Origin: a virus | Taxonomy: Duplodnaviria; Caudoviricetes | Direction: 5' to 3' (one strand) | Length of the DNA: 24,638 nucleotides | IMG/VR virus record: IMGVR_UViG_3300027813_000086 | Span: 1-24,638 of that record | Shown here: piece after piece, positions 20,501 through 24,638 of the stretch | How positions within the stretch are numbered: the first letter of the stretch is position 1 | How the letters are laid out: each line of letters begins with the position of its first letter | The notes under the pieces: model-generated | The model's input: the letters and a program-made list of their open reading frames with translations, nothing else | Database searches by the model: none | What the model was told of the DNA's origin: nothing | Made by a program: the position numbers and the translations under genes

Positions 20501-20593
20501 GTTTGCTGTTGTTCTAAAATATCTTGGTAGTAAGTCAGCTGTTCTTCTTTTTGCATCCCCGCTTGTTGGGATTGGACTTTCATCTTGTGCCAT
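5555..20593 (-). CDS. Giant modular baseplate wedge protein (5012 aa), gp7/gpI-like core with many inserted domains
   Basis: Uninterrupted 15039-nt ORF coupled to the gp6-like gene by TAATG. Wedge-type motifs: N-terminal DLLPRYF...KKFL, FYQGAIADKGTKNVL (about aa 1880), EEMKPYKTKIR (about aa 3865). Also GSGY/GTGY repeats, GDGST beta-sandwich repeats and a C-terminal INGERIEY...RGTLGT...H motif typical of large myovirus baseplate proteins. Confidence 0.8.
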   Translation of the reverse strand: MAQDESPIPTSGDAKRRTADLLPRYFRTTANKKFLSSTIDQLTQPGSIEKIDGYIGRRDAKAFKSTDNYVADVSADRENYQLEPIATVTDNLGNTTYYGDYRDYVNSSKIRNTDNDNHSMYSSQEYYAWNPHVNWDKFVNFREYYWLPAGPNEIPVYGTARNITSTFAVQRQDNIDNNSYIFSKENKVSNPTITLYRGQTYNFDIDCIDMPFSIRTTNTIDDDTSLYNVGVSQQKVEQGIIVWTVGLESPDTLYYANGNDIEASGLIIIKDVRDNTQLNVGDEIIGKKTYTMQTGYELTNGMKVKFYGTITPAKYGKGNWYVEGVGDSIKLIAEEDLVITADYLTDISTEFDAQGFSSLPFDDATSYAILKDYIVINRSSKDSNQWSRYNKWTHKSVIETIAEINNVPVVLDQNYRATRPIIEFDAGLKLYNFGTEAKTAVDLVDTVTKDVFSDIEGQAGYFVDGVELVSGMRVLFTADPDSFVSGKIYQVSFISQNGQTQLALKETTDTTPLTNETVLVKSGTNFKGKIFYYNGTTWKQTQDKTKVNQQPLFDLYNDAGTQLSTLESSTFTGNKVFSYKVGTGTNDTELGFPLSYRTIENSGDIVFDFNLLSDTYQYDELADVYTVSTDTALLRQYTNRTSYANVSGWTKAPKKSSQPVVDQFTVADRTNNFIIDVYNNSGDLNDLEIKVYVNSTRKRDGVDYTINRVNGYAYVAFYTNLVVNDKLVLKTTSSAKKLNGLGHYEFPINFEKNPQNENVNTFTLGEVLDHVNSIVDNVTGFKGTYPGVSNLRDLGNSSQYGLKFVQHSGPVNLALYNLTDKDYDAIEAMKWSAFEYIKFKREFLKVSNELGFEGFDKVHVDKVLTELNSNKTNKDSFYFSDMLANGGETSVKHNIEDQSQTIFSLTRGIDFTMLSEKAVLAYLNEKQLVLGKDYTVSTDGFLTLLNAPTAGDVLDVYEYMSTDGCWVPPTPTKLGLYPKFTPEIFLDDTYIKTPTDVTGPWKVYGRDETTTLSYKGKVGWFYPLYTDEVSAQQADLAASGNGTAHVHVFAGTNTLFYMPNGTMNHATNDSQTYNEYEGARPMLQGHDGSLWRCFGDFRDNLLLDLEKRIYNNLKLPYNENVLDIVDYIPSKARTTGFTRRQVSKTMISEFNSWLETVGTPDYVSNTFYRNGDGFTYNYASAGDPSGTPLTGFWRSIYKDFYNTDRPHSHPWEVLGFKEKPTWFDTEYGTAPYTNSNLLLWEDLSKGIVRGAEGSKVTYRNKFKNEDIYKYIPTDANGNLLAPSATGYAVGNIPNTNGNEFAFGDEGPVETAWRRSSHFPFSLMISWALNQPAQFFGLAFDRSRIVRNSAEQLVYKDTSKRIELNKLVFPNSATDASRVFTAGIVNYMQGYLIDNDTLRFNEYTKNLKAIENKLGSKIGGFTQKSKFRLILDSRTPTNEGNVFVPEENYKIHLTKSVPLDVYSYSGVIVEIAPGGYIVKGYDKDNPVFRHYPIRTKNSDRIITVGGVSENFLVWTTGKTYQAGQIVEVADSYYRVKLSHTAGDAFNQDNFQKLAELPEEGGASAYIRTNFETELKEMPYGTLLREKQEVVDLLLGYQEYLTRVGFSFNNFNQDIEEIENWVLSAKEFLFWTTQAWDSGTILTLSPSARQIEFTKPYVVVDDIYDNFYDYSLLKADGKRLLADFATTERDNTNDFGIFVRNTNDGIYHLKIPVIQHEHAIIIDNSTVFGDVIYNRAQGYRQERIKVKGYRSDEWNGSYNIPGFIFDDAKPVEWTSWQDYSIGALVKHKQFYYVATKKVTGTEKFTNANFVRLNEKPEQQLLPNFDYKARQFADFYDLDSDNFDSEQQKLAQHLTGYQKRKYLENIINDDVSQYKFYQGAIADKGTKNVLTKLFDKLGSANKDSLEFFEEWAVRVGRYGATTGDEQFDLILDEARYRQEPQLIELVDSINPQDTSLIYRLDRNGVYVKPDNYDHKPLPTKYFNDNNSYTKTAGYVNPTDITASLVSYDAILDQPLYSSGSYIWTATDKTQQTWGVYKSQTTEYKITAVSESQSNIFTITLDKQSNFVKGEIIGIHNVSDATNGYYKVDSIELDIVKLESVEGEDIEATEADAVVNGFITEFKLARLSTLSLANDSIKKDPNNLFSLSGNNNATNTIWVDDDDTGKWIVLKNKQVFELKPNIVNTSAGLLDSTEKDFGSAVSVAKNNNRIAITAPKDLNGSVYVFQRPSDNTDFGFLQQIDEQLFLFDSNGGFGQSVAMSPDGKYLAIGSPHASNVKSKLKGDYQNNISYVQNDVVLYSDQLWKAARNIEADALQLYQNHSSNVQAKGNDYVSNTQSYPDIEYIVRGDYTLGANSDTDHILIRAEKEQFEGTKPGDILTLKWNKYTTSNQVGKLPFNNSGVITEALINGQHTIVEKVQHIAHIQSALSVPAAGIEITTDTCRATLAYRRINDENEMQVYIKNVNGSFTGSGSIYANGILVGQYEEVLQITDDYHTGWWYVNAGSTFTSSELTEKNANLVIQNITLEGNVVNSPYFSNILDTKQLQDILQPTKVSEFGILSHTQGQSNVQVLDSKWWIRTPLAHGNSITSGDKTRIWLNDIRVNGLVQDPSVIGLTSTYINNTEHTVYDVWNGYVEVRLTNFDLNGDPFIPNVGDILTDTATSSTAEIAFIERSFATAKIYVKNRNGTWAVGSDFGTNSNATFIENDSTVRTIGPINSAHMENTISGPILVIDNTVNIPVVVGGTNYLRELEYWIYSSNTIEGITDSANPPSSINLDWTRVYNLPVVAEGYGTGLSEQGTFAVYEMKGVTYSLINYFTVPNSADNRKLGTKLRFVQPDSSSYKLYVHAEGDGTEANQGRIYFINKNSTEDWALSVQKTYRGNFRTSATYFENEYVRFGETVYKANTNLIPGVFNVSQWTAQTTGLDLLGYVPNDTNFSLVESTLDQGNLEAFGTDFDVSTDGEVLIANSMYTSVYEIESGDTVLGLDSSIANRKVVVYRLNSSNYEYSQILEPFNQTEDFGTTIAVSNDGTKIAVGAPLNSEIESNAGAVYIYTQNGTTFSYSQTIRPVTTQPNTQFGFKLDFDGNTLAVTSRGGDIVTATTFDSNTTSLDNASTPFKVTDRGSGVVSLYETVNNTLLYSQDFAYDLDTQDFGSRMLVNNNHVYIGLPKQQVPNSSVIDKGLVAEYRKPVNTASWSITRSPILPADTSKFKGVYLYDVNTNSLLTYLDYIDPIQGKIAGPAEQEITFKTSYDPARYSNTTTASTITANSDYTSDKWIGKLWWDIDSAKFINHHQGDITEASATFNKLFPGTTVNVYEWVESTLLPSAWDAETGSTAALDQGISGTTLYGDGAYSVRRKFDEISQTFTTYYYYWVLNKATKPNVENRSISASNVSRLISDPAGLGYKFVAMLGSNRYALHNCQAFINDRDTAISFNWWTIENQQQPTHLQYQLVTDGLESSVPNAEIEQKWFDSLVGFDKNDRPVPDINLPTKEKYGALNDPRQSWFVNRTEARKQFIERTNNTLSKHLIVDDFNLTKLTGFDPQPTIATGLYDTTSDSYAEIGFVSVARVKPASLTLEVENGVIINVLINDAGTGYINVPTYKITDIEGSGAVLEFTLNANGAISAVNIVNGGRDYTSNVLITVRKFAVLVKSDETIGSKWSIYQWNGTEYLRTLTQSYDVNLYWNYIDWYLSGYNQFTFVNHTIDSSYQIYALDDQIDDVIKINNVGTGGWLLLRKISNTDAQDYTLGYQTIGRENGTIVFKNSLYDVNSSNTAFDGASFDKIFYDTEPNTEFRKILEILKSDIFVDNLAVHWNELFFAGIRYVFSEQPNVDWVFKTSFVKAKHNIGELKQKVTFQNDNLPSYQQYVEEMKPYKTKIREYLSSYEKVDPASNVITDFDLSPFYSDQEGKIIPQDVKIVNGEISVGDANVLTYPGKHWIDTVGFEVVSFNIADAGSGYNTPPKIIITGGGGTGATAEAFVGTSGKVTSVKVTNTGSGYLTSPTVQIIGSFGDTGTVTRLSPVLGKGKARSAHIRCKFDRVTGTYLFQVLAETETFTSTIDQQIFNLKWPTQLKSTEITVTVDGLESLRSEYKFSNVQDTTKGYTRSVGRITFTNALAVNKTVVVKYNKAPELLQAQDRINLYYNPTTGMYGNDLGQLMEGIDYGGVEVSSFDFGTGSGWDSDEWFTTTYDTFDTTFEDEIFQIGDDSTRVLNFASPLVSGIVYNIYKNGIRIDDPNYGTADQKNVNAKMTSITGAGQTGVALFDDAGDLASSIIVFDEENIPTGSGDILVFRKTTSDGAFLPDPRSYDTVLTGGDLAFSTARGINPEEIIIDGDDFVSPTTSKGPEEQVPGQVLDTVNIRVFHRPKDGGSILSSNSYRTDGVIGSYNFGIQPQNKEGLIVKLNDTIQAQSLYTVDYRTKTVTFNTVPNINQDVNILSISGNGKNSLEQNEFKGDGSTNAYITKIHYDKKLDYYATVNGEPVESVLTSSGDSTDKDPKAMIVFGKAPPDNSVINYAIYTAVDSFSKIETTEFVGDGSTRIFTLAKTPYSALPNSHNVIVKQGNKILNPGYNQQFAVTALAREYYLEIWQTPIGSFDNSDLLVLLNGVELTIAVEYNIRPANSSVILEPGIGVEGDVLEVYLKTDGEYAFGDIQIINNQNTWVDSGANLQLTTAPIDGEKLTVYTFNKHDSMDFERQNFDIVTRSTISVGTEDHIQFNHIKAGLVKLRYPAIDAQYVWVIVNGILQTPSVDYKLTDDKNFVKYNGSFVDNDVVEVIQFSATGEVTPKFGFSQFKDILNRNIYKRLGDVAPLKLAKDLATFDKEIFLDDASNLSQPDKNSSIPGILFINGERIEYLIKQGNVLRQIQRGTLGTGVPSVHESGSDIYNQGPTQTAPYMDQTIVDEQIGDGSTAVFPLSFTPTSINEFEVFVAGKRLRKNAIQLFNPALDQDSPEADQTALAEFSIDGTTANVTLLNTPAVNAKVKVVRRQGKRWTDPGISLNDAESLVARFFKAEKVELPK
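5560..7480 (-). repeat. Degenerate protein-level GDGST beta-sandwich repeats in the C-terminal part of the giant protein
   Basis: YRTDGVIGSYNF, FKGDGSTNAYI, FVGDGSTRIFTL, IGDGSTAVFPL, each followed by a V..NG-type strand and an F..(A)P..N..(I/V) closing motif. Confidence 0.65.
8580..9870 (-). repeat. Two pairs of G(S/T)GY..P repeat modules (about 8580-8780 and 9700-9870)
   Basis: NIADAGSGYNTPPKIIITGGGGTGATAEA...VKVTNTGSGYLTSPTV and VLINDAGTGYINVPTYKI...GSGAVL...VNIVNGGRDY. Confidence 0.7.
11050..14020 (-). other. FG-GAP-like beta-propeller repeats (7 blades, discontinuous) within the giant protein
   Basis: DFGSAVSV..AITAP..GSVYVF; GFGQSVAMSPDGKYLAIGSP; KLGTKLRF..GRIYFI; AFGTDFDVSTDG; DFGTTIAVSNDGTKIAVGAP..AGAVYIY; QFGFKLDFDGNTLAV..GVVSLY; DFGSRMLV..VYIGLP..GLVAEY. 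Confidence 0.7.
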
Positions 20594-23500
20594 TAGTATC
20601 CATAACCTCCGCCGCCGCCGGAGCTTCCGCTTCCGCCGCTTGATCCTGAACTACTTGAACTACTTGAACTACTTGAACTTGTTGTGGTTGTTGTAGTTGT
20701 AGTACTTGTTGTCAACGCTTGACTCTTAATTCCAGTATTAATAGTTCCTGTTGATGTAACTACATTTCCTGCCGATTGTATTCTAGATGCTGTAACAGAG
20801 TCAATAATTTCAATATCGTCAACTGTTGCATCATTAATAAAAATTTCATTATTTTCTGCTTTAACTTCGTATAAACTTCCAAATCCTTGTGTAGCTTGTT
20901 TAGGTACTAATAAAATATTAACAACATCTGGTGCTACTCTATTCATAATGTGTGTTGCAAGTTCGGTAAAATGGAATGAGTCTCCAAAGTCCCAATTTTG
21001 TAATGCAAAGAATGAATTAATTGCGCCAATTACTTGTGTTTTTACTTGGTTATTATTAACTACTTCGCCGCTATTTTTTACAATTTTAAATGTTGCTTGC
21101 AAATTGTCTTGTGCATGTTTTCCAAACAAAGGCTTATACTCTACTGAGTGATAAATTACTTCATCACTAATTGATTTATACTGACTAATTTGCTCACCAT
21201 AATTTTGGAATAATTCGTCTGTACTTGGTGGAAGAGGTTTACTAGCAACTGAACCGGTAATGTACTTTCTAAAGTTAGTATCATATGTTTGAGTAAGCAT
21301 GTATACATCAATAATATTACTTGCACTTGGATCAATTCTGTTGCCGTCATCTGCACTGTGTACATACTGAAATTTAAGATCTGATCTACCAGCGTGTGCT
21401 TTATAATCTGCTGTTACTACAAGGACATTATTAGTTAGTACCTTAAAGTTATCGTTATCGATAATATAAAAAGCCTGGCCTGTTGAATACTGACTATATG
21501 CTCCAATTTCAGTTTCTGTTGTAACAGTTTTAATTGCAGTTCCTGCATTATAATAATTGTATTTGTTAAATCCCTGATCTGATGATTCTTTCTTTAAGAA
21601 AATATATTTTGTAGATGCATTTGTTAAAGGAGCAACTACAGCATCAAAAATATCCGGATCGTCAATACTGCCATCATCATTTAAATCAAAAAAGCTAACT
21701 TCAACTTTTTTACTGTTAATATATCCATCTGCGTTTCTAAATGCATTTACAATTTCCCAATTAATATCATTACTAAAAGGTTCAAGTTTGTCAGGCTGAG
21801 TATTAAAGTTCATAACTGCAACTTTATCTTTTACTAATTGTCCTGTTTGCGAATCATAAATTTTGTTTTGTCCATCAAAGTAAAAACTAAGTTCTTTATC
21901 GCTTTCAAAAATATATCTAAGGCCTCTGTTTGTAACTGTATACTTTTCACCATTTGTTTCAAATAGTATTAACCAACTCGAATCAAGTTGATTATTTGTT
22001 ACATCTCCAGTTTTACCGTTACTAAAAACATCTACTGTGTTTAAGTTTTCGTTAATAATAATACGCCAGTTTCTTGTAACTTGGTCGTATCGTAATGCAA
22101 ACGTTTTATATGCAAATACTTGATCAATAATTTGTGATCTAACATCTGTTGAAATGTCTTTTACTAGTTTTGGTTTAACTTCTTCTAGTATACTATTTGC
22201 AGGTAGTATTTCGTTAAACACAACAGGACCAGTACCAGTTGTAGTACTAACACTTGTACCTGCACCGTCTACGCTTATAACTTTAACCCATTTATAACTA
22301 CTTGCACCTTTTGCTGTACTGTTACTTGTAAGTTCTCCATCACCTATAAAATAAAATCCAACTGGTGGTTTAAATTTAAGTAATGCGCCAGCTTCTACAT
22401 ATTTTAATGAACCGCCAGTAAATGTTCCAAGTTGATATGCAACGTCATTTATATTCTTTAATAATCCTGTTGAACTATTAGTTGTCTTTGTTGACTGAGT
22501 CCATGTAGCATTAAGATCACTAACAATAATTTTAGCATAGTTTGCAAAGTAAAAATTACTAATTGCTCTGTTTTGTATAATAGGTAATATTGAATTTTCG
22601 ATTGTACCTTCAATATCTGTTTGAGTAGCAAACGTAAATGAAGTTTTACTTTCGTATGGCTCTCTATAAAGGATACCATCACTACCATATAAATTTGTAC
22701 TAGAGTATTTTCCAGTAGCATCTTTAAGATCAAAGTATCTACTAATACCACTAGCAACTCTATTTGTTGATTTAACTTTAATAATTTCTTGATTAGTAGT
22801 TAGAGGAACAATATTATAATCTTCACCTGTAACCATTCTATTTTGTGTATAATAAGTTTGCGGAGCATTAGTTCTAATACTAGATGTTGTTTCGCTAGTA
22901 GTAGCATTAGTTACTGCTGTTTTAAGTTCTAAACCAACAGTCATTGTTTCTGTTGTTCCTGCTTTAGAAATATAAGGGAAACTAATAGTAATATCTGTTA
23001 AGTCAGCTGGATTAATACTTAATGTTCTATTAGCACTAGTTCTATAATAAAGTCTAAATCCGCCTTGTGGCAAGTTTCCAAATGTTCCGTCTGCAAATAC
23101 TAAACTAATCTCATCATTAGATCTTGTTTGTACAACATAAAAGTTTTTAATTTTTTTATTTAAACTATTGTAGATTGCATTGTTTCCTTCAGTTGAACTA
23201 ACCTTTGTCCAAATATTTGTAGGAATTCCGTTACTGCTTAATTCATAAAGCCAAACATCAGAATCGTTAATATTTTCTGCTTCAATAGAAATTCTTTGAT
23301 TAGCTGTAGGACTAGAAATATCAAATGCATTGGACTTTAAACTACCTTGTCTAAAGTGCAAGAAATATCCTGAGTTTGAGCTTCCTGATCCTCGGCCATC
23401 TTCTCTATATAAAAATGCTAAACTGTTTCCTGGTACTGGATTTTCTTCTGTTATTACATTAAAGTCAGTATCAATTCCAGTTGATACAATTTCAAACTGT

Positions 23501-24129
23501 GTTGAAGAACCATTAACTGATTTTGTAAATGTATATACAGGAACATCAGCACCTACAGATGTAAATCTATATTGCTGTGTAAGTACTCCGTTAATTGCTT
23601 TAGATATAGCTGGTTTACCAACAGTGCCATTTTGCGGAAGTGCAGAATTTAATACACGTCTAAATTGTTCTGACCAATTAGCATTACTAGGATCATTCCA
23701 AATAACTGTTTGATCTGCTAAGTTAGTGCCGTTACTGTCAATTAAATTTTCTGTAGTACTTACTGTCTCAAATTTAAGTAGTCCGTTTGCCGCTTGATTA
23801 CGCTTAGGATTATATGATAGCATACGAGCTAAACGGAGAACTGATTCTCTACGCTCAGCTAGTTCTAAAAAGTTTTCTCTTGCGTTTAAGTCAACTCTGT
23901 AACTGATATTTTGTCCTAAGAACGCAATCATATCAATAAGAGCAAGGTACTCTGATGTATCTACATAGTCGTTAAAATCTTCTGGGTAATTCTGTCTTAG
24001 ATAGGTAATCATCGCCCGTCTAAGTGTGTCAAAGTCGTAACTACGGAATTCCGCATTACGATAGCTTTGATATACTTTTTGCCAATCTTCTGCAAGTAGC
24101 AATCTATTTTGTCTGTCGGTTGATGACAT
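20593..24129 (-). CDS. gp6: Baseplate wedge subunit, T4 gp6-like / Baseplate J family (1178 aa)
   Basis: N-terminal DFDTLR..MITYL...FNDY...S..LID.IA......YRVD..A.E.FL..A..RESV.RLA..LSYNP, FADGTFGNLP and IRTNAPQTYYTQNRMVTGEDY are gp6-family signatures; directly downstream of a gp25-like gene; AAGGA RBS at 24136-24140. Confidence 0.88.
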   Translation of the reverse strand: MSSTDRQNRLLLAEDWQKVYQSYRNAEFRSYDFDTLRRAMITYLRQNYPEDFNDYVDTSEYLALIDMIAFLGQNISYRVDLNARENFLELAERRESVLRLARMLSYNPKRNQAANGLLKFETVSTTENLIDSNGTNLADQTVIWNDPSNANWSEQFRRVLNSALPQNGTVGKPAISKAINGVLTQQYRFTSVGADVPVYTFTKSVNGSSTQFEIVSTGIDTDFNVITEENPVPGNSLAFLYREDGRGSGSSNSGYFLHFRQGSLKSNAFDISSPTANQRISIEAENINDSDVWLYELSSNGIPTNIWTKVSSTEGNNAIYNSLNKKIKNFYVVQTRSNDEISLVFADGTFGNLPQGGFRLYYRTSANRTLSINPADLTDITISFPYISKAGTTETMTVGLELKTAVTNATTSETTSSIRTNAPQTYYTQNRMVTGEDYNIVPLTTNQEIIKVKSTNRVASGISRYFDLKDATGKYSSTNLYGSDGILYREPYESKTSFTFATQTDIEGTIENSILPIIQNRAISNFYFANYAKIIVSDLNATWTQSTKTTNSSTGLLKNINDVAYQLGTFTGGSLKYVEAGALLKFKPPVGFYFIGDGELTSNSTAKGASSYKWVKVISVDGAGTSVSTTTGTGPVVFNEILPANSILEEVKPKLVKDISTDVRSQIIDQVFAYKTFALRYDQVTRNWRIIINENLNTVDVFSNGKTGDVTNNQLDSSWLILFETNGEKYTVTNRGLRYIFESDKELSFYFDGQNKIYDSQTGQLVKDKVAVMNFNTQPDKLEPFSNDINWEIVNAFRNADGYINSKKVEVSFFDLNDDGSIDDPDIFDAVVAPLTNASTKYIFLKKESSDQGFNKYNYYNAGTAIKTVTTETEIGAYSQYSTGQAFYIIDNDNFKVLTNNVLVVTADYKAHAGRSDLKFQYVHSADDGNRIDPSASNIIDVYMLTQTYDTNFRKYITGSVASKPLPPSTDELFQNYGEQISQYKSISDEVIYHSVEYKPLFGKHAQDNLQATFKIVKNSGEVVNNNQVKTQVIGAINSFFALQNWDFGDSFHFTELATHIMNRVAPDVVNILLVPKQATQGFGSLYEVKAENNEIFINDATVDDIEIIDSVTASRIQSAGNVVTSTGTINTGIKSQALTTSTTTTTTTTSSSSSSSSSSSGSSGGSGSSGGGGGYGY
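20647..20679. repeat. Perfect 9-bp tandem repeat (tgaactact) x3.7 encoding 11 serines
   Basis: tgaactact tgaactact tgaactact tgaact read directly; minus strand gives AGT/TCA Ser codons in the gp6-like C-terminal tail. Confidence 0.95.
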
Positions 24130-24150
24130 AGGTTATCCTTCTTTATACTC

Positions 24151-24163
24151 TACTGTATTTATT
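24151..24163 (-). promoter_or_regulatory. Late-promoter-like box AATAAATACAGTA
   Basis: In the gp25-gp6 intergenic gap, 21 nt upstream of ATG 24129; identical to 5547-5559. Confidence 0.72.
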
Positions 24164-24192
24164 GAAACCAATAATACTAGTGGTTAATTGTG

Positions 24193-24627
24193 TCACGATA
24201 ATCCAACGCTTTTATCAAACTGTAACTTTAATTGTTCACTAATATTATAGTCTAAGTACATTAATGTACATTCTATTTGTAGTCCACTTTCGTACTCTGA
24301 AACTTGCACACTTGCGGCTCGAGTTCTTGGATCATAGTTTACAATATTTGTAACATTTGCTGTGATTGCGTCTTTTAGTTGTGCTGTTAACGGCTCATAT
24401 AAGGCATCCCAAATAATACAACCAAATCTAGGATCAGATAACTTCTCTCCTTGACGAATATTAAGATGATTTAATAAGTTTTGTTTAATTAATGAAATAT
24501 CAAACTGTTGAAAGGAATTATTTTCCGGATTAACAGTACTAAACCCTCTGTATGCTTTTTGTGCTACAGGCGGTTTCTTGTCTCTTTTAGGAGTAATTTT
24601 AATTGTTTTATATAAATCTGTTGCCAT
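24193..24627 (-). CDS. gp25: Baseplate wedge / sheath-initiator protein, gp25-like (GPW_gp25 family, 144 aa)
   Basis: D..LIKQNLLNHLNIRQGEKLSDPRFGCIIWDALYEP...I...V..YDPR matches the gp25/GpW pattern (I.Q.L.N...T..GER...P.FG......FEP....EPR); size and position upstream of gp6 agree. Confidence 0.9.
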   Translation of the reverse strand: MATDLYKTIKITPKRDKKPPVAQKAYRGFSTVNPENNSFQQFDISLIKQNLLNHLNIRQGEKLSDPRFGCIIWDALYEPLTAQLKDAITANVTNIVNYDPRTRAASVQVSEYESGLQIECTLMYLDYNISEQLKLQFDKSVGLS

Positions 24628-24632
24628 ACTAA

Positions 24633-24638
24633 TATTTA
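24633..24638 (-). promoter_or_regulatory. Late-promoter core TAAATA (cut by window edge)
   Basis: Minus strand reads TAAATA-TTAGT-ATG; same core as the three other boxes. Upstream bases are outside the window. Confidence 0.6.

Noticed and set aside
5555-20593. Intein, intron or stop-codon recoding as the cause of the giant ORF
   Set aside because: The frame is open under the standard code, and I saw no intein C-terminal HN-C/S/T with matching N-terminal block or LAGLIDADG/HNH motifs; length is explained by structural modules.
20580-20603. Mini-ORF MDTNGTR from ATG 20603 just after GGAGGT
   Set aside because: Only 1-2 nt from the SD, too close for efficient initiation; no other support.
20481-20696. 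Plus-strand 71-aa ORF with RRRR and LNYLNYLN repeats
   Set aside because: Antisense read-out of the Gly/Ser tail and 9-bp repeat of the gp6-like gene.
5427-23713. Remaining short plus-strand ORFs and nested out-of-frame minus-strand ORFs (3252-3455, 19081-19263, 21156-21365, 22458-22757)
   Set aside because: Short, almost entirely overlapping long motif-bearing genes, and without supporting signals; expected by chance.
24166-24185. Inverted repeat AACCA...TGGTT between gp25 and gp6 as a terminator
   Set aside because: Five-bp AT-rich stem with mismatches beyond it and no real U-tract; too weak to call.
1-24638. Bacterial contractile injection system (T6SS, eCIS, tailocin) rather than phage
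   Set aside because: gp25/gp6 homologs occur in those systems, but T4-type late promoter boxes, the giant wedge gene and multiple phage-type fibres fit a lytic myovirus better; no host or secretion genes are present. Capsid genes outside the window would confirm.

Overview
AT-rich, gene-dense window in which every credible gene lies on the minus strand. It reads as the baseplate and tail-fibre operon of a large contractile-tailed (myovirus-type, T4-superfamily-like, probably jumbo) phage. In transcription order: gp25-like wedge protein (24627-24193), enlarged gp6-like wedge protein (24129-20593), a 5012-aa modular protein with gp7/gpI-type core motifs (20593-5555), a 203-aa putative fibre-docking protein (5534-4923), and three paralogous tail-fibre-like genes sharing one N-terminal module but ending differently (4923-2842, 2840-999, and 969-<1, the last missing from the supplied ORF track). 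T4-late-type TAAATA boxes precede four genes; two overlap the upstream stop codon and one predicts a leaderless mRNA. The most unusual element is the giant protein, which appears to carry a split seven-blade FG-GAP-like propeller, four CBM5/12-like modules, a ligand-less cupredoxin-like domain and a His/Met cluster. All domain calls are by-eye motif recognition, not database results, and domain coordinates are approximate. I saw no RNA genes, CRISPR arrays or mobile elements.
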